Source of the DNA: a virus
Lineage: Duplodnaviria; Caudoviricetes
Length of the DNA: 42,085 nt
Direction: 5' to 3' (one strand)
Virus record (IMG/VR): IMGVR_UViG_3300027819_000265
Location: 1 to 42,085 of that record
The notes beneath the pieces are model-generated. The model had not been told where the DNA came from, ran no database searches, and was given only the letters and a program-made list of their open reading frames with translations. The position numbers and the translations under genes were made by a program. Positions 18,843 through 27,105 of the stretch are shown here, piece after piece. Positions within the stretch are counted from its first letter, which is position 1; each line of letters opens with the position of its first letter.

Positions 18843-20318
18843 ATGTCCTTGTACTCCCTTCAAATAGAAAAACATTGTCTTAGCGGTTTACTCAAGAATC
18901 CTGATATTTTCTCCGATGTTGATGCTTTTATTACTGAAAATGATTTTTATAATAAAACACACTGTACTATTTTCTGTGTTCTGCGGTCTTTGATTATATC
19001 AAATGAAAAGTTTGATCATGTTGTTTTGGCACAGAAAATTTCTAATTTAGGCATCAAGTTTTATGAGGAAGTAGATATTTTTCATTATATTGATGATCTT
19101 AATTTTATTCAAATTTCCAGGGATACAGCAATAAAATCTTTTAGAGAGCTTAATAAATTAAAGATAAAAAGAGAAATATGTGAAACAGCTGAGAAAATAA
19201 AGAAATATGTTTCTTCTAATCTTAACTCAGAAACGGACGCTGTAATTGCTGAATGTGATAAAATATATGGAGAAAAAATATCTAACTACGGACTAGAACA
19301 AGAACCCGACGATCTTTTTCAAAATCTCCGTGGCTTCATAGAAGAAAAAAGTAAACACCCCGAAAAAGAAGCTGGATTAATAACACAATATAAAGAATTT
19401 AATGAACATTTCGGCGGCATTAGATCAGGAAACGGTGTTTATGCAATTGTCAGTCGCCCAAAACAGGGAAAATCTTTATGGCTTCTCAATATGGCAATGG
19501 GAACGGTTTCTTTGAATCCTAATTGTAAAGCCCTATATCTTGACACCGAAATGAAACAAGATGTTAATAAGCTACGGGCGGCATCAGCTTTAACTCAGGT
19601 TCCAATGTGGTTCTTTGAAACTGGAAACTGGAAAATGAATCCAGAATATACCACGCGATTTAATAAAAATATTGACAGTGGAAACATATATAAGAATAAA
19701 ATCTTTCATCTCACAGTATCCAATCGACCAATAGAACAAATCTGTTCAACAATAAGACGTTGGTATTATAAATATGTCGGAAAAGGTAATCAAGCTATCA
19801 TTATCTATGATTATATCAAACTAACCGGCGAAAAGTTGTTTAACAACTGGGCAGAACATCAAGCAATTGGCCAGAAAATCAATCTTCTTAATGAAATAGG
19901 TTCTAGTCTTAATATCCCCATTTGGACTTCTTGCCAATTAAATAGGTCCGCCGAATCAGGTACAGATGATAGCTCTGCAATTGCGGTTTCTGATCGTTTA
20001 CAATGGTTTGCTTCGTTTGTTGCCATCTTTAGACAGAAAACTCTTGAAGAAATAGAAGAAGATACCACAGAATTTGGAACACATAAACTTATTCCCCTTG
20101 CTACTCGTTTCCAGGGAAAAAAATCTTATGGTCACAATGATTTAATTAAAATTCCTAACGGAAAAGGAAAATCTAAGTATAAGAAAAATTTTATAAACTA
20201 TGATGTTACAAACTTCTTGGTAACAGAAAAAGGAACTCTAAGAGACATAGTAGAAGCACAAAAATATAAGCCCGATTTGAGTCATACTGCTACTGCCGTC
20301 AATAACGAATTATTATAA
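18843..20318 (+). CDS. dnaB: Replicative DnaB-like helicase
   Basis: DnaB N-domain (E...L..LL, DFY...H..IF), SRPKQGKS, YLDTEM, IIYDYIK, CQLNR. Confidence 0.9.
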   Translation: MSLYSLQIEKHCLSGLLKNPDIFSDVDAFITENDFYNKTHCTIFCVLRSLIISNEKFDHVVLAQKISNLGIKFYEEVDIFHYIDDLNFIQISRDTAIKSFRELNKLKIKREICETAEKIKKYVSSNLNSETDAVIAECDKIYGEKISNYGLEQEPDDLFQNLRGFIEEKSKHPEKEAGLITQYKEFNEHFGGIRSGNGVYAIVSRPKQGKSLWLLNMAMGTVSLNPNCKALYLDTEMKQDVNKLRAASALTQVPMWFFETGNWKMNPEYTTRFNKNIDSGNIYKNKIFHLTVSNRPIEQICSTIRRWYYKYVGKGNQAIIIYDYIKLTGEKLFNNWAEHQAIGQKINLLNEIGSSLNIPIWTSCQLNRSAESGTDDSSAIAVSDRLQWFASFVAIFRQKTLEEIEEDTTEFGTHKLIPLATRFQGKKSYGHNDLIKIPNGKGKSKYKKNFINYDVTNFLVTEKGTLRDIVEAQKYKPDLSHTATAVNNELL

Positions 20319-20355
20319 ATATATTATTAATAATCAACAACTTACGAAAATATTC

Positions 20356-20388
20356 TTTACTTTTTTATAACATGTCCTAATATTAGGA
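20356..20388 (+). promoter_or_regulatory. Putative sigma70-like promoter with overlapping 14-bp palindrome upstream of hsp20
   Basis: TTTACT 20356-61, 16 bp, TAATAT 20378-83; TCCTAATATTAGGA 20375-88. Confidence 0.45.
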
Positions 20389-20424
20389 TGACAACAATAA
20401 AAAAGAAAGGAAAACAAAAATAAT

Positions 20425-20829
20425 ATGAACTCATTAGTAAAAACAAACGACTACAATTATGGAACTCCGCTCGCTCGGCTATGGAATTATTCTGATTTCT
20501 TATCTAGCTGGCGGGACTATGACATTTTTTTTGATTCATTATCTCAGAACATAAGAGAAACAGAAAACGAAACAAATTATATCCTTGAATTTGATATTCC
20601 GGGGTTTTCTAAAGAAGAAGTTAATATTGAAGTAGAAAACAACAATCTTGTTGTTACTGCTCACTCAAAGAGTAATAAAGGACGAAAAGATGCTTATTAT
20701 TCCCTATATGTTGATACTTATTCCTACGATACAGAGAATATTACTAGTAGTCTCCAAAATGGTGTTCTAACTGTAAACCTTCCTAAAACGGCTAAATCAC
20801 AAAAACGAAAAATAGAAGTTACTGTATGA
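20425..20829 (+). CDS. Small heat-shock protein (Hsp20/alpha-crystallin)
   Basis: YILEFDIPGFSKEEVNIEV, LQNGVLTVNLPK, RKIEV; AAAGGA RBS. Confidence 0.92.
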   Translation: MNSLVKTNDYNYGTPLARLWNYSDFLSSWRDYDIFFDSLSQNIRETENETNYILEFDIPGFSKEEVNIEVENNNLVVTAHSKSNKGRKDAYYSLYVDTYSYDTENITSSLQNGVLTVNLPKTAKSQKRKIEVTV

Positions 20830-20838
20830 TTTTAATTT

Positions 20839-21234
20839 TTGAAAAAAAATCTAACATCTCGGCTCAAAGGTGAAATTGCTCATCTAAAAGTCCAGATTCG
20901 TTCAGCAGAAAAAAAATTTATAATCAGTCAACCTGCTATTGATGCCAGGTATGACTTTATTATTGACACTGGGAAAAGACTGTTTAGGACACAAGTCAAA
21001 TATGCTGATTCCTTTGATTCTTCTGGATCATTAAAAATAAGATTAAAAACTAGAACAGGTAGAAATAAAGTCCGCGCCTATAAAAAAACAGATTGTGACT
21101 TAATCTTGGTTTATATTCCTGACAAAGAATATATTCTCAATTTTACACCAGAGATTTTTAATAACAAGTCACAATTAGTAATAAACCTTAAAAGAAAAAA
21201 AAGTGAATTATTCTGGAGAAAATTTATATGGTAA
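20839..21234 (+). CDS. Free-standing PD-(D/E)XK endonuclease (PDDEXK_5/group I intron-associated type)
   Basis: KGEIA...YDFIID...RTQVK...Y....D.I.VY. Confidence 0.75.
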   Translation: MKKNLTSRLKGEIAHLKVQIRSAEKKFIISQPAIDARYDFIIDTGKRLFRTQVKYADSFDSSGSLKIRLKTRTGRNKVRAYKKTDCDLILVYIPDKEYILNFTPEIFNNKSQLVINLKRKKSELFWRKFIW

Positions 21235-21416
21235 CTGAAACGAAATATCTTGACAATCCCATTTGTCCATATTGTGGACATATAGTAAAAGACGCCTGGG
21301 AAATAGATTTTAGAATAAATGATGATCAAGAAACAAACTGCAATCAATGCGGTAAAGATTTTTTAATTTCCAGACATCTTACCGTTACATATTCAACCTT
21401 TAGGATAAATGAGTAA
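21228..21416 (+). CDS. Small zinc-finger protein
   Basis: CPYCG...DAWE...CNQCGK.F. Confidence 0.65.
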   Translation: MVTETKYLDNPICPYCGHIVKDAWEIDFRINDDQETNCNQCGKDFLISRHLTVTYSTFRINE

Positions 21417-21430
21417 GTGTAATATGAAGT

Positions 21431-21556
21431 ATGAAAGAATGTTTTTCTTTTATACATAAAAGATTATGCTTATCATGTCTTGAAAAAGAAGTTTGTCAGT
21501 ATCAAAGATATTGCAACAACTGTTGGCACAAAATATTGGAAATCTTGTATAAATGA
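21431..21556 (+). CDS. Small Cys-rich 41-aa protein (below track cutoff)
   Basis: CLSC...CNNC; ATGA overlap with next gene. Confidence 0.45.
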   Translation: MKECFSFIHKRLCLSCLEKEVCQYQRYCNNCWHKILEILYK

Positions 21557-21759
21557 AAAAAGAAAATAAATTCAAGCTAATAAAAAGCACAGAATTATTG
21601 GACGAAATCATACAATTCAGTCGCGTGGCCGATCACATGGACGAAAAACATAGAAATAATGGAGATAGTTGGGTTACTTTTCATCTTGGAGTTCTTAAGG
21701 AATTAATAGAAAAAGAACAACAAGAAATTCTAAAAAGAATAAAATGTGAATACCAATAA
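21553..21759 (+). CDS. Hypothetical protein
   Basis: ORF track. Confidence 0.6.
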   Translation: MKKENKFKLIKSTELLDEIIQFSRVADHMDEKHRNNGDSWVTFHLGVLKELIEKEQQEILKRIKCEYQ

Positions 21760-22060
21760 CCGCAAAAAACAATACAAACTAGAAGCCTTAAAATTAATAA
21801 GACAATCCAGAATTTTAGACCAATCCATAAAATGGTGGGAAGCGGAAATGCAAAAATCGTTCGTAAAAATGGATTATCTGGAAAATCATTGCTTTGTCCC
21901 AAACAATAAACAAAGAAAACAATTGGAAGACAGAATAAACTATTTAGTAAAAAAAGGAGACTTTGAAAGAAAACAAATAGACATCTTTCATAAAGACCTA
22001 GCAGCTTTCACTCAAAAATGGAAGACAATGCCAGTATTAAATAAAAAAGAAGAAGAATAA
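21746..22060 (+). CDS. Hypothetical protein
   Basis: ORF track. Confidence 0.55.
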   Translation: MNTNNRKKQYKLEALKLIRQSRILDQSIKWWEAEMQKSFVKMDYLENHCFVPNNKQRKQLEDRINYLVKKGDFERKQIDIFHKDLAAFTQKWKTMPVLNKKEEE

Positions 22061-22068
22061 GAAATAAT

Positions 22069-22305
22069 ATGCCATTACCACCTGTAAAAAAGAACGAATC
22101 AGAACAAGAATTTGTTTCGCGTTGTGCCGGGGACTCAATGATGGTAAATGAATATAAAAATCAAAAACAACGCCTTGGAGTATGTTACAGTTTGTATAAA
22201 CAGCACAAAAAGAAAATGTCCAAAGGCTCAATTACAGAAATAAATTGGGACAACGCTAGAGAAGAATTTTTAGAGAGCAATAACCACATCATAATTGAAC
22301 CCTAA
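22069..22305 (+). CDS. Conserved small phage protein
   Basis: MP.P....E....FVSRC....EY...KQR.GVCYS pattern common in tailed phages. Confidence 0.65.
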   Translation: MPLPPVKKNESEQEFVSRCAGDSMMVNEYKNQKQRLGVCYSLYKQHKKKMSKGSITEINWDNAREEFLESNNHIIIEP

Positions 22306-22443
22306 AAAACTTGAAGAAATCAAACATCAAAAACTTGTCAGTCAATCAAGCCTGGATTCTAAAAAGACTGCTAGAAAGTATGGGAGCGTTTAAGAATTAT
22401 CCTAAAAATTTTCAGAAAGAAATAAACAAAAAATGCTATTGTT

Positions 22444-23355
22444 CTAAATAGCTCCTATATCCACGGCATATTGAAAATCAATGGTCCGTGGGTCATTTTC
22501 TAAAGAAAAGACTTTTTCTATAAAATTTACCGCCGCTTTTCGTCCATCAACACAGACAATTTGGCAGTTTAACGGATAATCGTTAATAATTCGGCGGGCT
22601 TGATGAAATATGAAGTCACTCGTAGCTTTTATCTTCTTTGTATGTGGTAAATAAGCTATTGAGTTTATATTGTTGAATTTTTCTTCTACCATTATTATTA
22701 GATACTTATTATCGTTCTTACATCTTTCTAGTTCTCTATTAAAACGATCAAAACCTTGACTTAGGGTGTTGCAAAAATCGTTCAAGCTCTTTCTTTCTAC
22801 AAATATATTATTATTTTTTATTGTATAGTCACCAACATCAAGTTTGGCAATTTCTTTATTAGGAAGATTTAATAGCGACTGCTCGCGGGAGTCTATAATA
22901 AATTCTAATTGTTTGTTTTCTTGAAATTTGATAAGTTGATTATAATCATATCTTGGTAATAATCCTAGTCCTAAACAAATTGTCTCATAGGTGTATTTTC
23001 CATAAAAATTATGAAAAAACTTAATAGAAGGGTAAAAAAGACTTCTACATTCAAACTGTCCCGGCGCGTAAATTAAATTTTTTTCTTTTTTCCTTTTTGC
23101 TAACCAGTTTTTTAGGTATTCTAATCCTTCTTCTTTTGAAACTTTCTTTAACCAGTTACCTAAATTAGTCTTAGTAAGGAAATCAGAATTAAAATACTTA
23201 TCAATATTGCCAGAATAAACAATAGATTCACCAGTTAATTTATCAATCCGTGGCTCATACTTTAGAAGATAGGAAGATAAATCAACTTGATGTTCGCGAA
23301 AAAAATGATTGTTTTTGTCAATTTTTTGCTTGCAAATTTTACAAAAATCTAGCAT
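22444..23355 (-). CDS. ERCC4-domain nuclease with N-terminal Zn-finger-like extension
   Basis: IIDSREQ, LDVGDY, FVERKSLND, RF.RELER; N-terminal CKIC...H....H. Confidence 0.8.
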   Translation of the reverse strand: MLDFCKICKQKIDKNNHFFREHQVDLSSYLLKYEPRIDKLTGESIVYSGNIDKYFNSDFLTKTNLGNWLKKVSKEEGLEYLKNWLAKRKKEKNLIYAPGQFECRSLFYPSIKFFHNFYGKYTYETICLGLGLLPRYDYNQLIKFQENKQLEFIIDSREQSLLNLPNKEIAKLDVGDYTIKNNNIFVERKSLNDFCNTLSQGFDRFNRELERCKNDNKYLIIMVEEKFNNINSIAYLPHTKKIKATSDFIFHQARRIINDYPLNCQIVCVDGRKAAVNFIEKVFSLENDPRTIDFQYAVDIGAI

Positions 23356-23376
23356 ACTGTATAGTATGTTAGATTT
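23345..23376. repeat. 32-bp near-perfect palindrome at divergent gene starts
   Basis: AAATCTAGCATACTGT/ATAGTATGTTAGATTT, 14 of 16 pairs. Confidence 0.75.
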
Positions 23377-23534
23377 AAATAATATCTATGACGGTTCACC
23401 TGAATATGATCAGGTATTGCGGATGGAACGCTTGTAAAGCCGAAGTTCTAAAAATATTAAAGCAACCCTTGCAGAATCTTGATTTATCCTGGGAAACGTG
23501 CGATGAAAGATTTTTAGAGAAAGCAGAATTTTAG
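23366..23534 (+). pseudogene. Probable frameshifted small gene
   Basis: MLDLNNIYDGSPEYDQ (23366) and YCGWNACKAEVLKILKQ...EKAEF* in different frames joining near 23412. Confidence 0.35.
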
Positions 23535-23541
23535 ATTAAAA

Positions 23542-23684
23542 AGTAAAGGAGCGTCTGGAATTAAAGACGTTTGGACCTTCCCGCAAACAAAAAACACTGG
23601 TCATCCTGATTACCAGATAATATTTTAGAAACTGTTAAACATAAAGGCGTTGTTTGTGACCCCTTGAAACGCCAGAACTATTAA
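23542..23684 (+). pseudogene. Relic of an N6-adenine/N4-cytosine DNA methyltransferase
   Basis: DVWTFPQTKNTGHP then frame change to LPDNILETVKHKGVVCDP; no start, no GxG. Confidence 0.55.
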
Positions 23685-23687
23685 AAA

Positions 23688-24047
23688 ATGAGACAACTTA
23701 AATTTAGGGCCTGGGACAGTAAAAATAAAACATGGCCTTTTATTGGTTTTCATATTATTGGTGAATGCACAGCTTTTGATTTACTCAAACAGTATTCGTT
23801 AAAAGAATATAACAACTTAATAATTCAACAGTTTATAGGATTAAAAGATAAAAATGGTGATGAAATATACGAAGGCGATATTGTAAGCTATCAATGGTAT
23901 TCGGGGGAACATCAAATAGAAACCGATGTTTCGGAAGTTGTTTTTAGAGAAGGAATTTTTTATTTTGGTGATTTTGCTACCAATGATAGTAATTTTATAA
24001 AAAAGAGTATTGAAATCAAGGGTAATATCTTTGATAATAACGATTAG
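23688..24047 (+). CDS. YopX family protein
   Basis: LKFRAWD...QFIGLKDKNG.EIYEGDI...IKGNIF. Confidence 0.9.
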   Translation: MRQLKFRAWDSKNKTWPFIGFHIIGECTAFDLLKQYSLKEYNNLIIQQFIGLKDKNGDEIYEGDIVSYQWYSGEHQIETDVSEVVFREGIFYFGDFATNDSNFIKKSIEIKGNIFDNND

Positions 24048-24052
24048 ATAAA

Positions 24053-24433
24053 ATGAATAGAAACCTTAAATTTAGAGCTTGGAGTCCTAGAAGTAAAGAA
24101 TTTGTTTATTCTGATACTTTTGGTCATTTAGGCTATGGTAATAATAAACAAGGTGATGCTAGAAAACTTTGTCAATTTTTTGATTTTAGTGATAAAATAC
24201 AACAATTTACAGGTTTGCTTGATAAAAACGGTAAAGAGATATACGAAGGAGACATTTTATCGTTAATTGGTCCCGATGATTTTGACAATCATGACGGAAT
24301 TGTTATTTTCAAAGAAGGGATGTTTACAATAAGTGGTAATAAATTTTCATCTTATCCATGCTTATCTGTTTGGAATAAATGCTCGGAAATAAAAGGAAAC
24401 ATTTTTGAAAATCCAGAATTACTAAAACAATGA
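24053..24433 (+). CDS. YopX family protein
   Basis: LKFRAW...QFTGLLDKNGKEIYEGDI...GNIFENPELL. Confidence 0.9.
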   Translation: MNRNLKFRAWSPRSKEFVYSDTFGHLGYGNNKQGDARKLCQFFDFSDKIQQFTGLLDKNGKEIYEGDILSLIGPDDFDNHDGIVIFKEGMFTISGNKFSSYPCLSVWNKCSEIKGNIFENPELLKQ

Positions 24434-24618
24434 AAACTTTAATTGGTAAAAAAGTTTTCTTCGGAGAAATTTTAGGTAAAAATAGTGAAATTTTTGGAAC
24501 ACTGGAAGAAAAAGATATAAAAATTTTAACAGACGACCAAGATTTTATTGAAAAATTTGAAAAATTTATTGGTAAATCTACTGGTTATAATCCGTTGCAT
24601 TATATTGATAGAGGATAA
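24430..24618 (+). CDS. Hypothetical protein
   Basis: ATGA overlap. Confidence 0.55.
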   Translation: MKTLIGKKVFFGEILGKNSEIFGTLEEKDIKILTDDQDFIEKFEKFIGKSTGYNPLHYIDRG

Positions 24619-24620
24619 AA

Positions 24621-24806
24621 ATGAAAAAACTATATTTATTGACCAATGAAGAAGTTAAATTTATCAAAAGCGCCATGATCCATTCTGCTAATGTTCATAG
24701 GCTTTTTTGCGAACAAGAAGCCAAAGAGTATCCATTAGAAGAAACCAACAAGTTGATAAATGAAACAAATAGAATAATAACAGAAGTTTTTGAAAATGAA
24801 AAATAA
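24621..24806 (+). CDS. Hypothetical protein
   Basis: ORF track. Confidence 0.55.
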   Translation: MKKLYLLTNEEVKFIKSAMIHSANVHRLFCEQEAKEYPLEETNKLINETNRIITEVFENEK

Positions 24807-25554
24807 AGCTTTTTCTTTAATAGAACTTTTAATTGTTGTTTCTATTATTACTCTCCTCGCTTCTTTAGGAGCTAGTAATCTTTTCTTAGCAAAAGAGAAG
24901 GTAAAAAAAGTAATATGTCAAAACAATATCAGGCAACTAAGTCTATCGTGGCAACTTTATTCCTTAGACAATAGAGATAAATTAGTAAGCAACAAATCAG
25001 GAATAAGCAGCCCCGAAAAATGGTGCAATGGCTGGCTAGATATGTGGGACTCGCCCGATAATACTAATACTTCTTTTTTGGTTGATCCTAATCTGTGTTC
25101 GCTTGGTCAATATACTGTAAATTATAAAATATATAAATGCCCCGCAGACAAGAAGAAAGAAAGAGTAAGAACAATTTCAATGAACAACTGGGTCGGCGGT
25201 GAAACTTGGTATAACTGCGGGGACTTAAATAAAATAAAGAATCTTAAGACTGTAGAAAACATCAATGATTTTATCTCCCCCTCTAAGGTCTTTGTGTTTA
25301 TAGATGAAAGAGAAGACTCAATTAACGATAGAGCTTTCGTTATAGATACTATTAACGAAGCAATGGTTGATTTTCCTGCTAGCTATCATAATAATTCTGC
25401 TAATCTTTCTTTTGCTGACGGTCACATAGGAAGTAAAAAATGGGAAGACATTAGAACAACTCCGCCGATTTCTAATAAGTCTCTTATCTTAAATCAAGAA
25501 CAACTACACAATAAGGATATAACATGGCTCCAGATTCACTCCCAAAACCACTAA
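24796..25554 (+). CDS. Prepilin-type N-terminal cleavage/methylation protein with H-X9-DG domain (DUF1559-like), copy 1
   Basis: MKNKA|FSLIELLIVV, C.NN.RQL, YKCPAD, SMN, DEREDSIND, HNNSANLSFADGH. Confidence 0.9.
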   Translation: MKNKAFSLIELLIVVSIITLLASLGASNLFLAKEKVKKVICQNNIRQLSLSWQLYSLDNRDKLVSNKSGISSPEKWCNGWLDMWDSPDNTNTSFLVDPNLCSLGQYTVNYKIYKCPADKKKERVRTISMNNWVGGETWYNCGDLNKIKNLKTVENINDFISPSKVFVFIDEREDSINDRAFVIDTINEAMVDFPASYHNNSANLSFADGHIGSKKWEDIRTTPPISNKSLILNQEQLHNKDITWLQIHSQNH

Positions 25555-25662
25555 AATGTAGAAAATGTAAAACTGTTGCCTTAAATTTCTGTGTTTAAAG
25601 CACTATCTTGAAATATTGGACAATTTTGAGAAGAAAAGTAGAAAAGCAAATCTAACGGTTTC

Positions 25663-25944
25663 CTAATCTTTTTTCCAGCCGGTTTCCATTATCACCTTAG
25701 CTAGTTCTCTAGCAAATTTTCCCGCCTTCTTTTCTGTTTCTTCCCAACAGAAAGCGTGAAAGCATTCTTCAATCAGTACTTCTAGTTCTCTTTTAGGCTT
25801 CAGTTTTGGATCAATCCAAATCTTAGGTTTCTTACATTCAGGCGGGTCACAAAGCCCCCAGGCATTGTATCTTTTATGAGGTTTTAAGAATATTATATTG
25901 TATTTAACACCTTCAGCATTTTCAAATTTCAATTTTAATGCCAT
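25663..25944 (-). CDS. Small zincin-like protein with degenerate HExxH (EECFH)
   Basis: GLCD.P...I.IDP.L...LIEECFHAF; AAGGAAAACT RBS. Confidence 0.55.
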   Translation of the reverse strand: MALKLKFENAEGVKYNIIFLKPHKRYNAWGLCDPPECKKPKIWIDPKLKPKRELEVLIEECFHAFCWEETEKKAGKFARELAKVIMETGWKKD

Positions 25945-26015
25945 AGTTTTCCTTTTTTAACTGTAATATAGTATATTGTAAGCAACTTATAAAAAAGTCA
26001 ACAAAATAAAAGTGT

Positions 26016-26402
26016 ATGAGCTATTGTCAAAATTGTGGATCAAAACAAGAAATCGGCGCGAATTTTTGTGCTAAATGCGGAACATCATTAAAAGGTTCTC
26101 TAACTATTAAAACCGCCAAAGCCAAAAGAATCATTAATGATGACGAAGAAGGAGAAATAACAGAGTTTTCTACCAATATGGGGGGATTAGATGTAGAAAT
26201 TGATAACCTAAAACCTCAAAAAATAACTATTGGTCAACTAGTAAACACAAGAAAAAAAGAAGAAGTTTTACAAGAATATAAAAACCGCCCAATCGGAAAA
26301 CCGTTGAACAAAGAACAGTTTTGGCAGGAATTCAAAAAAGAAGCTGGCTCCAGGGGTAGAGACTCAAAAATAGAGTCAGAAGTAGGAGAAGATTCTGAGT
26401 AA
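26016..26402 (+). CDS. Zinc-ribbon domain protein
   Basis: YCQNCG...ANFCAKCG. Confidence 0.75.
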   Translation: MSYCQNCGSKQEIGANFCAKCGTSLKGSLTIKTAKAKRIINDDEEGEITEFSTNMGGLDVEIDNLKPQKITIGQLVNTRKKEEVLQEYKNRPIGKPLNKEQFWQEFKKEAGSRGRDSKIESEVGEDSE

Positions 26403-27096
26403 AACAGGAATAAAAATTATCACAAAACCAACATTTGAAGATAGCATAGCGGTAATAGATAAGGAAATAGCCAAGCGAAAATCAAAATGGCAATTAACTG
26501 CCATTGCATGGATGGATTTTGAAGATGTTTCTCAAATAATACGTCTTCACATATTCAGAAAATGGCACATGTATGATCCAACCAAAACATTAGAGCCGTG
26601 GTTAAATGTAATTATATCTAATCAAATAAGTAACTTAATAAGAAATAACTACGGGAATTATTGTCGCCCGTGTCTTAAATGTCCGGCTTTAGAAAGCGAA
26701 GATGGTTGTAGAATTTACGGAAAACAAACTTCTGAATGTTCTCTTTATGCTTACTGGTTAAAAAATAAAAAACAAGCTTATGATACAAAACTTCCACTGC
26801 CGATAGAAAATCATACAGAAGAAGTCCATAGCCTTCCTGATACCGATTTTGATCTTGAAAAAAGCACTCAAAACTTGCACCAAAAAATGCAAGAAATATT
26901 AAAACCTTTTGAGTTTAGAATTTATCGTTATCTTTATATAGATCATAAAACAGAGGAAGAAGTAGCCAAAATAATGAAATATAAGACCACAGAAAAAACC
27001 AGAGAAGCAGGTTACAAACAAATCTATAACATAAAAAGAATAATAATAAACAAAGCCAAGAAAATTTTGTTTTCTGGTGATGTAGATATTGTTTAG
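26395..27096 (+). CDS. Phage RNA polymerase sigma factor (sigma70/ECF-like) with Cys-rich insertion; probable CTG start
   Basis: DFEDVSQ.....IF.KW..YD.....W......NQI.NL.R region 2; C-terminal EEEVAKIM.Y HTH; frame open from 26386, AGGAG then CTG 26395. Confidence 0.7.
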   Translation: MSKTGIKIITKPTFEDSIAVIDKEIAKRKSKWQLTAIAWMDFEDVSQIIRLHIFRKWHMYDPTKTLEPWLNVIISNQISNLIRNNYGNYCRPCLKCPALESEDGCRIYGKQTSECSLYAYWLKNKKQAYDTKLPLPIENHTEEVHSLPDTDFDLEKSTQNLHQKMQEILKPFEFRIYRYLYIDHKTEEEVAKIMKYKTTEKTREAGYKQIYNIKRIIINKAKKILFSGDVDIV

Positions 27097-27105
27097 AGAT
27101 GATAA

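Noticed and set aside
20839-21234. Group I intron around the PD-(D/E)XK endonuclease
   Set aside because: Flanking genes are intact and there is no room for intron core sequence
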